A DNA stretch of 64,000 nt from Phoronis australis (taxonomy: Eukaryota; Animalia; Phoronida): NCBI GenBank assembly GCA_002633005.1, contig NMRA01000057.1, forward strand, positions 1,186,015 to 1,250,014. Direction: 5' to 3'. Both the position numbers and the translations under genes were made by a program. Positions 27,208-41,266 of this stretch are shown piece by piece. Positions within the stretch are counted from its first letter, which is position 1. Every line of letters starts with the position of its first letter. A model generated the notes under the pieces. That model was not told the DNA's origin and did not search any database. It saw only the letters and a list, made by a program, of their open reading frames with translations.

Positions 27208-27325
27208 TTAAGCGACACGGTTTTCGCATTAGAAACAACAGAGATCAAACACGACCATACACGAGGCGTGCACACACGAGTGCCACGCTTTCAAATTGAA
27301 CGTGAATAGCGCGTGGAGTAACAAA
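27208..27325 (-). promoter_or_regulatory. Conserved 5'UTR/proximal promoter of gene B (paralog ~63369-63497)
   Basis: Shared non-coding blocks ACACGACCATACA.GAGGCGTGCA and AATTGAACG..AATAGCGCGTG directly upstream of both ATGs. Confidence 0.5.
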
Positions 27326-27535
27326 TGTGACCCAGCATGACAAAATGAGTTATTTCCCGCATATTATGATTTTTTTCCTTCTACGTAACAATAGGCGGCT
27401 TTATATCAAGCAAACTTCACTTCAAACCTTATTTATTTCATTGTGAAAAACATCGCCTTCTCCACGACTGGATAGCTTTTGAATTTTTATCAAAATTTGC
27501 TGGCGGGCATTCGTGACTGCATTGCTCAAACACCC

Positions 27536-28215
27536 TGTAAGAATATAGACTGACACTGTTTTTAGTTGTACTGTTTTTTGTTGTTGTTCTGTTTGATTGG
27601 CATGACCCCTAAGTAAAGTACAGTGATGATGTAATTTGTTTACTGCAGAATAGTGTGGAACTTTCTAGAAGACCCTAGCATGACACTGATTAATGCAGTA
27701 TGGAATATTCTAGAGACTAGAACATGTTTGTAGAATGGTTGGGTAGATTCAGGAAAGCTTCAGAATGTGCTTAAATTGATGAAAAGTTCTAGAACAATGC
27801 ATTAGGCTATAAATACACAAGCACGGGTTTGTGTTAGTCAGATCAAGTCGGAAGATCAAGTCAGTTCAAGGAAGTTAATCAGGAGAATTACAGTTGAGTT
27901 GAAGTGAAGAGAATCAGCAGTTACAGCGATAGTCAATAGAGAGCCAGCTATAGAGACAGCAGGTTATTGAATCGACGAGTGTGACAGTTGCTGAACGTGT
28001 CTCAGAAGTTCATCACAAGTCAAGGCTTCGCAACACTGGCTGGAGCATAAACAAACATTACGTCGGGCATTTTGTTTGAGTAAGCTTGTGAACGTACGGT
28101 CGAGATTAATAAAGGATTAACTCGAACCAGTCTTCAGGTCAATCGTCGCACCGAAAGCTATTAGCACCAGTCTGTTACAACCTGCGCCCACCCACACACG
28201 GGGATAAACGTGACA
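27536..28215 (+). mobile_element. Solo LTR (680 bp)
   Basis: TG...CA termini, perfect 5-bp TSD CACCC, TATAAA (~27808) and AATAAA (~28108) on +. Confidence 0.9.
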
Positions 28216-28879
28216 CACCCGATGACTCAGTTCACTCCTAAAAATATATCAGGAAAAAGATCAAGCATTGCTCATTGTGCAGTAGTTTTAATTTTACTTA
28301 TTGCATTCGGGGTAAATTCAAAAAAGTGCCACTCACTGGTCCTAACAGGCAGCAACGACCTTTGAACCTAATAAATCGCTGATCTCATTCGCTGTATCTT
28401 GTCAAGTGGGCGAGGGGTCAAAGGGGTTCACCCTGAAAAATATAATTTCCTTGCATTGTGGTTTGCTGTAATCACGAAAAGCCGCGTCTTTCGAGTTTTC
28501 GTGACTCATCGGCAAGTTGCGCGGAGTTCAGTTGTGCTCGTGCTTCTGTCGACACTTCTGAAGAAGCCAAGTCCTTTAGACGGATGCACCACGGCAAAGC
28601 AAAGCTCTACAGGTCATTTTAGGTAACTAGCGTCTTTACAATCAGATATGTTTTAATATGATCAAGGCACAGCCGATGAATCAACGTGCAACGTTTTTAC
28701 TTGATGTGGCATGCCTTGTCATGATGTCACTCCGCACGTTCCTAACTTGAATTTGACTGTTGTAAACTACAATTGTATTGCACATTAAATATACATTGCA
28801 CATATGATATGCTTGTTAAAAACGATCAACTCGTTTTCCGGCTGTACTTCCCCAGAAAAGTCTTGCGGAACTCGTGTGT

Positions 28880-29800
28880 TGTTCAATTGGCCTCTTAAGG
28901 AGCCGTGGTTCTGACCTCAGCACTGATCGTTTTCCTACTCGCAATAAACATCACTGCCGTTTTCTATGCATTGGACGGGCAGTCGTACCAACAACACTAA
29001 TAATACAGTGGCGCTGGAATACACCGTCTTTGAAAAAAGCACAAAGTGTAAAACAGTCCATGATGAACGGCAAATATAGTTACGCTTGTAACTCTTTTGA
29101 ATGGACTTGACAACCTCAAGGAGCTTAACGCCAAGCTGCAAAAACGAGATGCTGGCATTGTAGAGGCTTATAATTTCATTGACACAGCAGTTGACGAAGT
29201 CCTAGCATTGAGAACAAAAACTTCGAAGATGTCTGGGTTGAATGGTTCTAAGACGTGCAAATCATAGCTGAGAACATTTGACCCGATATCCAGACTCCTC
29301 GGCAGTCTAGACACCAGAAGCATACGGCTAACGTCAGGGCAGAAACACGCAGGTAATACATTATAACTTTTCACATTTTGTTCATAATATCGGTTTTCTG
29401 ATTTGTTTTTCTTTAGTGCTTGTGTTCCATGAAATAATTCCATACATGCCAAATTTACCCAAGTAAAACACAGGGCATACGAGTGCACAGAAACTGATTC
29501 TAATTTGCATTTCCATTTGGCTCTTTATCTGCATTTAATTAAAACCTATGTCTCGTAGTACGTCAGTAAATTTGTTGTCTAGTGTTTCTTCCAGTGACTA
29601 CTACAGAAGAGCAGTGGAATTACCATTCTTAGAAAACCTCCCACAGCAGTTGACCATCAGGTCTTCGAAAGACAACAGGCAGGTGGACGCTGCCATTCCT
29701 TGTGTCATTAGCAGGATGAGGAATGCATACTTAGGCTCATTCGAGGATCGGACTGCATTTCTGAGACATAGACTTGCCATCACCAGATTGCCTTGGGGTG
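28880..29800 (+). mobile_element. hAT transposase remnant (PRKRIR/THAP12-like)
   Basis: LNAKLQKRDAGIVEAYNFIDT...PRQSRHQKHTANV, then after a GT..AG interval DYYRRAVELPFLENLPQQLTIR; multiple stops. Confidence 0.65.
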
Positions 29801-29849
29801 ACTATCTTCCTTCTGACTGTCGGCATTTTGAGTATGACATTGCCTGATA

Positions 29850-30970
29850 CACTAGTAACTACTCCGAAGGATTTCTCTATGGTAACCCGAAAATACACAA
29901 AAAAGATGTTCCTCTACGGCCAATAATATCCCAAGTAATGACGCCTACGTTCAAGACAGCGAAGCATCTTGCTAACATCATAAAACCGTATACTCAGAGT
30001 CGTTACTCCATTAAATCTCGTGAGGATTTCATTGATATTTTGCTCACAGAAGTGCCATCCCCCCATTACCAGCCTACTTGTATGTCGCTTGACGCTGAGT
30101 CTTTGTTCACCAACGTACCGGTTGATGAGACCATTAGATAGTGAATACCATCACCCACATTTAAAGCCACCCCAGATTTCACCAACTCATGAAAGACTTG
30201 TTGACCATCTGCACAACCAAAGTAACATTTCGCCATATAAATGGAAAATTGTTTTTGCAAAAAGATGGTATAAGCCTGGGCTCTCCTCTGGGTCCAACTT
30301 TCTCGGAACTTTATACGCCTGAAGTAGAAAAAGGGGCTAGCAATGTGATTGGTTGTATTCCTATCTATGTACGTTATGTAGACGATATTTTTGTTTATTG
30401 TGCTTTTGATGACCTGTTATCAGTGCGTGATGAACTTGAGCGTCACCTTGTATTGAAGTTTACCTCAAGCTTCCTGTAAATGACAAGATTCCGTTTTAGA
30501 CGTTCTTGTGAACCATTCTCCATTTGAATTTTCTACAGCAGTTTATCACAAGCCTACTGATAAAGGCTTCTGTCTTCACGCCAAAAGTGAGTGCCCTTAG
30601 CGGTATCATGTCGCTGTTATGGTCAACTTCCTAAAGATGGCGTATTCGGTGTCGTCCAACACTGGCAACAGGCTATTGTTTAATCAAGAGATAGATCGCG
30701 TAAGAAAAACATTGGTAAATAATGGGTGCACCAATGCTTTTGTATACCTCCTTTTTTAAGCGATTCATGTCCAGAATTAATTGTGAAGTCCCTTCACGTC
30801 GGACCGCTGTAACCAAAAGTGTATTTTACAAAAATATCATGTCCAATAATTACCTCCAGGACGAACACGCCGTTAAATCATTAGAGATAATGTTCAAGTT
30901 TGCAAGCCCGATGATTACCTCGATGTTATTATTTATTATCGGAATAGGTCGTGAAAAAAAATATTTCTAA
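29850..30970 (+). mobile_element. Penelope-like reverse transcriptase pseudogene
   Basis: LYGNPKIHKKDVPLRPIIS, SLDAESLFTNVPVDETI, QKDGISLGSPLGP, YVRYVDDIF, VYHKPT; frameshifted. Confidence 0.9.
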
Positions 30971-31683
30971 AGCGTGTAGGTTCCTTGCGTGAAATTGAAG
31001 TTTCATGTGGTTCATAACTTGTTGGTTGTCCTGGTGAAGAAATAGCGTTGTTTCTGGCATATGGTTCGTAGTGTAACGATATGACTGGACTACAGAGTAC
31101 ATGTACATGTATGTAAATATGCCAGGTTGATTATTCGGCCGTTTTCAGGCAAGTCGTTTGAAACAATTGCGTTGAATATTACCGTCCCCTATGACGTGCT
31201 GCTATGAAGTGCACAAATACGACTTTTTACAGGTCGGGTGCTAACCACGTTGGACGACATCGCCGTAAGCCTCTTCGTTCACATGGTGCATGTCACTAAC
31301 TAGAGTCAAATAAATTAAAACAACGCGAAAACAAATCCTTTTGCCTTTACTAACTGTATGTATTATGAGATTGTTTTAACAATGCAAACGTTCAATCAAG
31401 TTGTTACCAGCCTTGAATTGTGTATACCTTTTGTTAATTTTGTTAGAATCAACCATGTGGAAATAACAAAAATGAGTTAATTAATAAGAAAACTTCAGAA
31501 GAAATCTGTTACACAGATTCCACCAGTCTGTCAACACTCCAAAAAAACTCCTGTAAGTTCAGGAGAAATTTCTGGTAACATTTAGCCAAATAGCAGAAAC
31601 CTTTCTATGAACACAATGAAATAATCACAAACCAAACACTACCCGTTGTACAGTTCAAATCGCGCACGTGACTTTCTTCCTCT

Positions 31684-32117
31684 GTGCCCGGTTGCATGAA
31701 ACAGTCCCAAATAGGGACTTAATTAAGGTTTCTAAATCTCCTGCGTATTTGCGGGTTTGTGGAAACACTGATTTTCCTATCGCATGGTGTTTGAGTATCA
31801 TTACTATGCCAATTTCTGGCTTTCATACAAATCGAGAGTGAAATCAAGTTTGAATTCTCAATATTACTGAAATTAAGTAGGGATCTTTTCATGCAATACC
31901 CCCAAGTTAAGGACTAACTACCTAACTGTTTTGATTGAATTAAGGGCCCAGTTTTTAGTTTTATTATTAGAAAATGTCATTAGACAAAGAAGAGCTCACG
32001 AAAAGGTAAAATTATAGGCAAAATATTACATCTGCGCCTAAAGAACGAAACAAATACAAAAAGATTTAGGGAATTTAGTTGAGTCTTTAGTTGGGACTGT
32101 TTCATGCAACCCGGCAC
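31684..32117. mobile_element. Harbinger-type MITE
   Basis: 26-bp TIRs GTGCCCGGTTGCATGAAACAGTCCCA with 1 mismatch. Confidence 0.75.
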
Positions 32118-33369
32118 TGGAAACTAAAACTGCGGTATACATGCATTAGATCATTCTCAAAAAATATGGATTTGACAGTGAAGAGGAAAGTGAAGTTTTC
32201 ATTGCTAGCTTCATTTAAAAGTGCAAATCTGTGTTACTTTCTGTTCTCAGGGCCTTGCTTAACTATACATGAAATAATAGAAAGATGCAGACGCAATTGT
32301 GCCAAGAAAAACCTGCATCTACACTGCAGGTCTTGTATTCACATCCATTGACCCAGTACAAATGACCAGTGCGCATTCACTGGAATTGCTTGCATACTGA
32401 AGTGTGGATCTCGGGATTATGTACAGAGCTCGTTAAATGTTTTGCGTCTAATTATTATTGGCCATGGCAACAGGAATTAAGAACAATTCCATATAAAAAC
32501 CAGATGTTGGGCTATATATGCATAATCACCAATTTTTTTGAAATTTAGCACATCAGCTGGCCTTGTGAAAAGAAACCTGAACCTGGTTTTTTAAGAGTTT
32601 CGGAGTTTTTTTAACCCTTTTTATGACCACTTTGTACTTTTTCTGAAAAATAGCAAATAAATGTACTGGGAAGTAGATGTAGGTGACTTTTTGTCAGCCA
32701 CAACACATCATCGCTTCGCGCTATTGAAAAAATACCTACGTGCAGCAGAAAGAAGAAAGAAAAACATACAAGAAAAACTAGTTCGGATAGAATTATTGAT
32801 TTTATGTCCTCTCATTTTAGCCTACAAAAATGTCATTTTCACTGCTTACTATTAAGGCCATTTTTACGCATTTTTATCACTCTACCAAATCTATATCGGA
32901 TTCTTTTGGAACATGAACTTCGATCTGTTACTGCTGTCTTTGTTCAGCCCAACGCAAGAATGAAAAATTTTGTCTCTTTCATAGTTTTTGTGCAGTCACA
33001 CTTTTCTGCCAATCTGTGATCGTCGGTTAGATTAAAAGACTCTAGGAGGCGCTACTCGATTGTGCAATTATCTATCGACCAAGATGACAAATAGAACAAA
33101 TATCATTCGTTTTGCTACATCAGTGACGAAGGAGATCATGGGAAGCTGTATGAGAATTTTTTTCTTTCGCGGATTTTCAGTTTTGCTGGTGCAAAAATAA
33201 AAATTTGTTATAGGATTACAGAAATCAAAGAAGTAAATTTTAATGTACCGATGAGTTCATAATACAACCCCCATCACCGTCTCATACTTCGGAGAAACAG
33301 GTTTTATTCTTATTAAGGGTGCCCATTACCACTTGTTTGGTCAGTTTTTGAACACCGTAATGGACTAAT

Positions 33370-34140
33370 AATCCCACGCACTGCATGCAGTGCATGCTGG
33401 TCCATTTTCAGACCTCCTGGACAAGTCCCTGTATATGCTCTTAAAAAGTCCTCTCAAACTATTAGCAAAGTTCATACTAAAACCAATCGAGATCTTCAAG
33501 ATCACAAGTGAAAAGAGGACGGTGGATACGAGCAGAAATATCGTGTTATTGGACATACAAAGGGTCATGCAATGCTTCTTGTATTACACAAAAGCGGCCG
33601 AACCTGGTGGCAGTGCGCCAATAGAATTTGCAATTTCAGAAAAATATCGGGTACGGATATTTACGATTGAAAACATAATACTTTCTGTGATATCCAAGTT
33701 ACCGGCTGTCCAAACCAGTATTGAAGCATTTGGGTGTTGTTGCGACTTACCAGCTAAAAATTTCACAATATGTAAATAGCGGAGTTGCAACACCGCCATA
33801 TTGGAAATGGGTCAGAATGTTGCATTGTGGTTAAGCCGGTAAACAAGTACGTCGGCAAGCGTGGGGGCGAACCGGCCACAGGGAGGTTATACGTGTTGTG
33901 TGCCTGGCATGATATAATACCAGTTAGCGAAATAAAAGATTTAGTTACTACCTGTTTGCCAAGGATCAAGAACTGCGTCAAACATGGGTCAGAGACATCG
34001 GTAGAGCTGGTAGCAAAGGCCGACTTCGTGAATTCTTTCCGACTTCGTAGAATAAAGTGTGCAGCGCTCATTTTGAGGGCGGCAAGAAAACGTATCTTAG
34101 AAACAGCCCAACAATATCTCCCTTCAAAGAAACAGTAACA
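33370..34140 (+). mobile_element. Degraded transposase, possibly MULE/NOF-FB-like
   Basis: Fragments TVDTSRNIV...FLYY...PIEFAISEK...CCDL...LYVLCAWH resemble recalled NOF-type MULE motifs; frameshifted. Confidence 0.4.
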
Positions 34141-34412
34141 AATACTCCACGGCGGTTGGTAGTGAAAAAAAAAACTTGTTTTCGCTTGACCAGAACCAAG
34201 CCAACATGAGCAATTTTGAGGATAAGGCCTCTGCACAATCACCTGTTCTATATGCATTACGCGCTAAGATAAAGCGTGCAGATTATTATTATTTACTTTC
34301 TACAAAATTGTGGTACATTTCTATCAAAATTCGTTGTTAAATTACGATCATTTTTCATAAAATTTTGTTGAAGTTCCAGGGCGAAATCTTGCCGACAAAT
34401 GCGTAGCTGCTG

Positions 34413-35735
34413 GTCTCGCAATCGTCGATAGGGCTTGAATTCTTAAATAAGAATACAGCTTTGACTCAACAAATTACCTGAAATCCTCCTCAAGTTTTCC
34501 AAATAGCGTCTCTAAGATTTTTAAGTTCTTGTGAAGTCTGGATTAACTGCAGATTAAGTCCAAATCTACGCTAGATTGTAGCACGCAACCCGAGAAAAAT
34601 CTCTGTGGGAACACATGTTGTTGTCACGTGACGTTTGTTTTGAAGTTTGTATGCGTGTGTGTGAGAGTAAGCGTGCGTGTGCTTGTCAGAGTTCATTTGC
34701 CAGAGTAATGTAATGATCTAGGTGTGCATTGTATCCAAAAAAAAAAATAAGTCAAGCAGTCAAGCAGAGCGTGTTTTAATATTTACGGCTTAGCACTTGC
34801 TGGCCTCATCTGCTAAAAACGTTCGAGAATTTTTTCGGTAAGACCGACATGTCACTCATTGAGTCGCCGGGTGAGTGGATGCGTGACCGTAGTGTAACAG
34901 CTATTTCCCGGAAGATTTGGGGTGTAAGGGTGCGAAGTGGGTCATTTTGACCTTAAAAACACCAATTATGATTAGTTAAATAATTTCTCTTAAAAATAAT
35001 GCAGAAGCTTTTTACGGTATTGGAAACTTTCGGAAATTAGTGCCAATATTTATTTGCCGATGCTATGTTACCCGATTAATCTTCGATGACAGTCGGTACA
35101 TTATGCAGCGCGCGCTTCTTGGTCGCGTGCTAACACTGGTCGAGTTTTTTTTATTAGTCTTCGATTCACGGTTTTCACATGCACAAAGAAGTTTGAGGCC
35201 GGAGAAGATCTGTACTGGAAAGAAACAATGCAATCCCGCTCTTTGACAAGTACGCTGTGTCTGTTTTCAAAGTCCAGACCCGCGTAGTGGGGCACATCCC
35301 TCGCAAGAGCAGCAAAACTTCTGCGTTCTTTTTGAATCGCGGCGTAAGTTTGAAGTGTATACGGACATAACGGTGAGGCTCGTGGTCCGTTACAAATTCA
35401 GGCTGTCGGATCTTTCAATTGATAAATTGGAGACGTTAGAACTGTAGGTAAGGGCATTTTTCGCATGTAGTTCATGGGCTGGGCGCTTACTTTAGCAAAG
35501 TCTGAAAACGCGTTGGGGCACTTGTTGAGCCATGGGCGCTAATTAGGGCGAATAGCGGCAGAATTACGTACAGCAGCGTAGTTTAATGCAGACAAATTAC
35601 ACGTCGTGCAAACCAGTCGGTCATCCCGTTTACCATCAACAATCCCAGTAGCCTTTGCGCACCCTAATTTCCGGACATGCGCAATCGTTAAATCGATTCG
35701 GTTGCAACTCCGCTATTCTGTTCATGCGGCGGCCT
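34413..35735 (+). repeat. ~1.35-kb dispersed repeat, inverted copy of 21855-23209
   Basis: Reverse-complement partner of 21855-23209. Confidence 0.85.
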
Positions 35736-37559
35736 CAAAATCACAGTTTTTTGATGGTATGCTAGGTTTAGTGTATGATGCATTTCCACACAACACTTCA
35801 AAAAACACAAAATACGTCGAATCCATCCCAAAACGGGATAGTGTCATTGTTTCTTTAATAGAAAGCTATTTACCACGTCCAATGACAATCCGTCAAGGAA
35901 CTTAGAAGTTAAAGAGGAAAACAAAAAATGAAACTGCTACTAGGGGGCACAGATTCATTGGAAAGTCATCGTCGTCCGTTGTTAACTTCACGCAAATACA
36001 CTTACTGAAATTAATCAAGATCCTGCTGTGGGTTTATAAGATACACCTATGGGACCAAAAAACAAAACTGCTACTAGGTGGCGCCACAGTAGTCTATGTC
36101 GTTGGAAAAGCATCATTAACCGTCCTCTTCACACTAAGAGCATATATGCCAATTTTCACGATCAATCTATGGATGATTTGTTTGATAGAGGGGCAGGCTC
36201 GAAAACAATAAAAATGGCCACTGGGTGGAACAAAATACCTCAAATACATACGAGAATAGGAGGATAACGCCATCTCCCTAATAGATGGTTATGTGCCAAA
36301 TTTCATGAAAATCCGTTGAGGAGCTTTGAAGATACAGAGGTAAATGTATAAAATTAGGATTGCCACTATATGGGACACACCAGTTGTTGGATGCATCCGA
36401 AATTTGTCGTCATCTGTTATGTAAGCTCATAAAAACCTGTGTTCCATTCAGAAACTGATGAGGTGCACATCTGAATACGGTTGACCGCATACGAGATGAC
36501 TGCATGGCAAAAAGTACTGAATAAGTGAAAAATTATGATCAATTGCCAATTTTAAAGGGAAGTGAACTGCATTGTCAATTTTTGAGTCGTGGGGTATTAT
36601 CATGAGTGGACCTTCTTTCCATACTTAGAAAATATTTTGACGTAAATATTAAAATACAGATTATGGCAAGCAATCAGCTCAGGGATGGTCGCCATCATTG
36701 CTCTGGCATAATCTACTAGATTCAATGGCGACCCGAGCAGACTAGTGGAATGGCAAATCTGGTGAAGATTTCACCAGCTCTCACAAGTCATATGTACTAA
36801 AGATGTGTATAAAGATGGCTCACCTTTTGTACAAGTATGGTACATACCTTTTCGTGGTCTTTCGGTATAAACATGGGTCCCAACTTTGAACAATTTGAAT
36901 AAATATGGATCACAATTTTCAGACTTTCAATGTATAACATGGTTGCAATTTTCAAAGTCCAGCAGCCCATCCTAACCCGTTACCAGATAGGCCTATCAGG
37001 TTTGTGCACCTGGACAGTCAGTAAGTCGAAAGTTATCAGCGAGAGCTAATACAATATTCTGAACTGAAGTCATGACCTGTTGACCCAGGCCAACACTTAC
37101 AATAAATATGAAGTAACTTTTTAGCAATTGCTACTTATATCTTACTTGCACCAACCGGGACTAACAAATCAAACTGGCGAAAGATCTTTTGCAACACGCT
37201 AAAGTCAACGCCCCGTTCAACCTTCCGCTTCGTTCTAGCTGTGCGTTATGGATAACAGCACGTCAATTTTGTCTAAAGCCAAGTTCAAACTCATGTCGAT
37301 GTGTAAAACATATAACGGCGCATTTCCATTGGTTTGCCAGTCCAGCCTCCTCTCTCCAGCCCTGGCAAGAATCAACTCTAATTCCGATATACTTTCAAAC
37401 TGCTGTGGCACTTTGCACGGTCTCAGATGACTTCTGACGTCTTTAAAACAGCTAATGAAGGCCACATTTCTTCCACGATCCCACTGTTCATCCATGAACA
37501 ACCCTGCCCATGTGGCACACACTGAGCCACAACACCACGTTCCTTACAATATCTCTTTT

Positions 37560-37890
37560 TATTACTCCGGCTGGTCTGCTCACTCAGCTTGTCCGGAACC
37601 TGCTTTGCCAGGTTGTTATAGCCCAGTTGGCTGTTTGGTGTACCCACTTGGTACTTTATATGATATTTGCCCATTTGGCAGTTTGTACCCACTTGGTACT
37701 TATTATTAATTTGCCGTTTTGCTCGACCCAGTTGGTAGGCAATCGGCCAATACCCATTTGGTTTTATATACACTGTACCCACTTGGTACTATACTAACAT
37801 GTGCCACTTAGTAGTCGACACTCAATTACGCATTGGGTATCGCAAATCTTGTTATCACTTTAATTAAGGTACCCATCTGGTACCTTCTGT
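37560..37890. repeat. Degenerate short repeats (GTACCCACTTGGTAC-like), probably subterminal repeats of a DNA element
   Basis: At least 4 near-copies of a self-complementary 15-mer. Confidence 0.5.
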
Positions 37891-40126
37891 AAATAATTAT
37901 TTAGAGCTGTGACCCTGAAATTCCCAATACAACTTAAAACATATATTATCCTTGTTGTTTTATTTGTCCCCAATAACGAAAATTGACCAAATGTACAAGA
38001 AGGAAATTCCTCCCTATCCTTTGCAATGACAGGAAGTGCGTGTAATTTCGAACCCTAAAGTGCTATTGGTAAAGTTAAACAGAGTGTTTCAGAAAATTGG
38101 GGTCTCAAAAGTGAAACTTAAATTTTTGTGATATCGCATTGTTGATATTAGGTGATCTCTCTGAACCAAAAGAGTAGCCTCAATTCTCTTGTCAGTCAGA
38201 GTAAGGCCACACAACAAAAATGCCCAAATTCGGGGCTACGTTTAGCACTAAATATATAAGAGACAAGTTTTTTTAAAAACAATTATAAAAGATCAGTCTT
38301 AGAAGTGTCTACACAAAGAATTTCAGGCAGGTTAAGCAACATCTTGCCACTTGTGACTGGCCTGAAAAGTAGTCTCGGAGTTTTCTCCCCTGCTGGAAAT
38401 TTAAATGTACCTATGAATTTCAAATTTCATTTTCTTACTAACCTTACATGAGTCTTTATGACCATTAATGTCAAACTTTGTCACCTGTTTCGCAAGTCTG
38501 ATTTTTTGCCGTTCAAAAAATGCAGTTTTACTGACATGAAAAAATGCAAAATATGCCTTTATAGCCAAATAGGTCATATCTCGGTCGGTAACCAAAGGTC
38601 GTTGAGTGCAAATATTGCAGCAGTGTACTTTGGGCCAGCATCCCAACACATGCACAAAATATTAGCTGTGTATGAATGTTTGAGTATATAGTGATTTTTC
38701 ATTTTCATTTGGTTTTTATATGGAATCATTCTTAACGGTGGAAGTGGCATTGCGCGATAAGATGCGCTCCCGCGCTGCGGGGTGACTGACACGATTACGC
38801 TGATCTGGAACTTGGGATACAGCCGTGTTGTTATCAGTTTGACAGAGAAGGTTAGCAAACCAATGATTACATAGTCCAGTTCTTTCACTGTCGGCGTTCA
38901 TCTCATGAGCTCAAGCAATCCAGCAAATATGCTGTAAAGAACGCGCCTGACGCTAAACGGTATTTAAAAATACTATTTACAAACGGCGTTCAGCGCTTAG
39001 CCAGGCGCTATTTTATTGACAAGGTCACTGCATCCTCTGCATCCGCATCGAAACTAGGCAACCAAAACGCAGCGCCAAAGTACTTGTTTGGGCGTCGCGT
39101 AACTCATCCAAACCGCAACAAATCGACTAACGCGTCCATTTTGAGTAGAAGACTCTTGTTTCTCAGCAAATAAAACATGGCGAAGTCGTTTTCCCCCGTT
39201 GAGAGTCCGAGTGGATTTTCGAGAATTATCTCCCGAGGGGCTAAAGCTCATGCTGAAATGTTCACTTCAAATATTTAGATTCACCGCAGCTTTGATCAAT
39301 CTTTGATAGATTTTGAAGAAAAAACTGGAGGTCACTAGGCAAAGCGTTTCATTATGCAAACGTGTACAATGTACATCACGCTCAGAAAGCAGCCTCCTAG
39401 TATCCATGAGCTGCAACATTATAGCTCGCTGGTTGTACATGCCTACGTTACTTGTACAACGTATTATTCGGATATCCTACGGAATGTTTTCATGAAATCC
39501 CCAGCTTTGTCAAACCACACTGAAAAATGGTGTTTCCATACAGCTTTATTTCAAAGTTTAACGGAACATTGGGTGCAACACGTGAAGGAATAGCAGCATA
39601 AACAACAAACTATAACTGAGAAAACATCTGGCAAAAGTCCTAACAATAACATTTTAAGTGAAGCCATTATAACGAAAAAACAAGAATTACCAGAAACACT
39701 GAAAGGAATAATAACAAGAAAAACACTGACAACAAATTGTATTAACAGTTAGCACATTCGTCAAACAAACAGCAATTGAGCATCATGCAAAGGAAAGATA
39801 TCACATGTGTAAAAAATCCCGGTTCACGAAAAAAACAAATGACACGTTCTCAAAACAATACGCATTTTGCTCAACGTTGAAGAAAATAATACTCTTTAAT
39901 GTAACGAGTACTTTATTTCCTGCCGTCGTGACAGTTGCAGTACTGTAATACTGTAAATCGCTTGGAATTCCCAAATGATTAACAAGCGAAACTGATACAA
40001 TAAATCCTAATAACAGCACGTTAATCAAACAAGTAATAACTCAACATTCTATAAACGGAAGATATCACGTATGTAAGAAACACAATCCAGTCCAGCATAC
40101 ATCATGTGTATGTATGGTTCTCATAC

Positions 40127-40267
40127 ACAAAACGTACCGAGAGTGACGTACATGAAGTAATATCTCACGAGACATTATTCCGCGTATAGACCTCAGGTCG
40201 AGGTCGATACGCGGAATAAGGTCGAGTGGGATATTACTACGTGTACGTCAATCGAGGTACGTTTTGT
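40127..40267. repeat. 141-bp imperfect palindrome
   Basis: ACAAAACGTACC...TTATTCCGCGTAT.GACCTC / GAGGTC.ATACGCGGAATAA...GGTACGTTTTGT. Confidence 0.85.
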
Positions 40268-41266
40268 ATTTATCCCATGCGCTTCGAATTCCTAAGTTTC
40301 TTACATTCTTCGGCAGATTTTTCAAATACTTCACCCAGACTGCTCACATGGCTGATCACATCCTATATGTATGTACTTGCGCGTTAGGTTGCAAGTTTTC
40401 TCTTGTAAAAGAAACAGTTTTAAAAGTAATGGTTTATTTCTTGAAAAGAGGTAGCAAAGATGAAAACAACGGCAACTGAGCAATGAACTTGTAACATCTC
40501 CTGAAATTTGTTGAAAAAACAACAATATTTGATATTTTAATTTCCTAGGAATCGGCGCTTGAGTTGCAGATATAGTATTCTGCAATTGAAAACTGAGACA
40601 TACATGTAGGTGCCTTATGATTAACAGTTTTGTTTTCCGATATTACGTTTAGGGCCAGGTTGCAGGTCAAGTGTTAGTTACACTGTTGCAACTGTATTAT
40701 TTTAAACTATATTCGGGAAGTTTGATGATCGAACCGACTGAAGATGTCGAGTCGATATTGACCTACCTTTGGAACTTTCCATGTCAAAGGTCGCTGTTGA
40801 AGTAGCGCGGGAGGTGAATACGGAAAATTTTATTTCACGCCCGTATTTCCCTCGACAAATTCAACGCGCGTGGGATAAAAAACAATATGCATTTTTCTGA
40901 ACACAATAGAAAATAATACTGTTTTAACATACATGTACAAGTGATTAATTGTAAATAAGTTGGAATGTCCAAATTAACAACAAGCAAAACTCATTAAATT
41001 CTAATACCAGGCAAAACATTCATCAAACAAATAACCATTGAACATTAACAGGCATGGAAAAATTGAAATCCAGTTAAAGAAAAACATGATATAGGTTAAG
41101 AAATCAACACGCAACTCGAAAATTTTGCTGAGCATTGTAGAAAAGAATACTGTTTAACATCGGTGTACTTTGATTTCTGCCCTTGCGACGAGTGAGATAC
41201 AGTAAATCAGATGGAATGATCAAAATAACTATTGGCACCGAGCCCGCCTCCGATGTCTTCGAAGTA

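Noticed and set aside
35880-36420. Repeat-like block (AACTGCTACTAGG x2, TGCCAAATTTCA) resembling Helentron-associated repeats
   Set aside because: Boundaries and family cannot be established from this window
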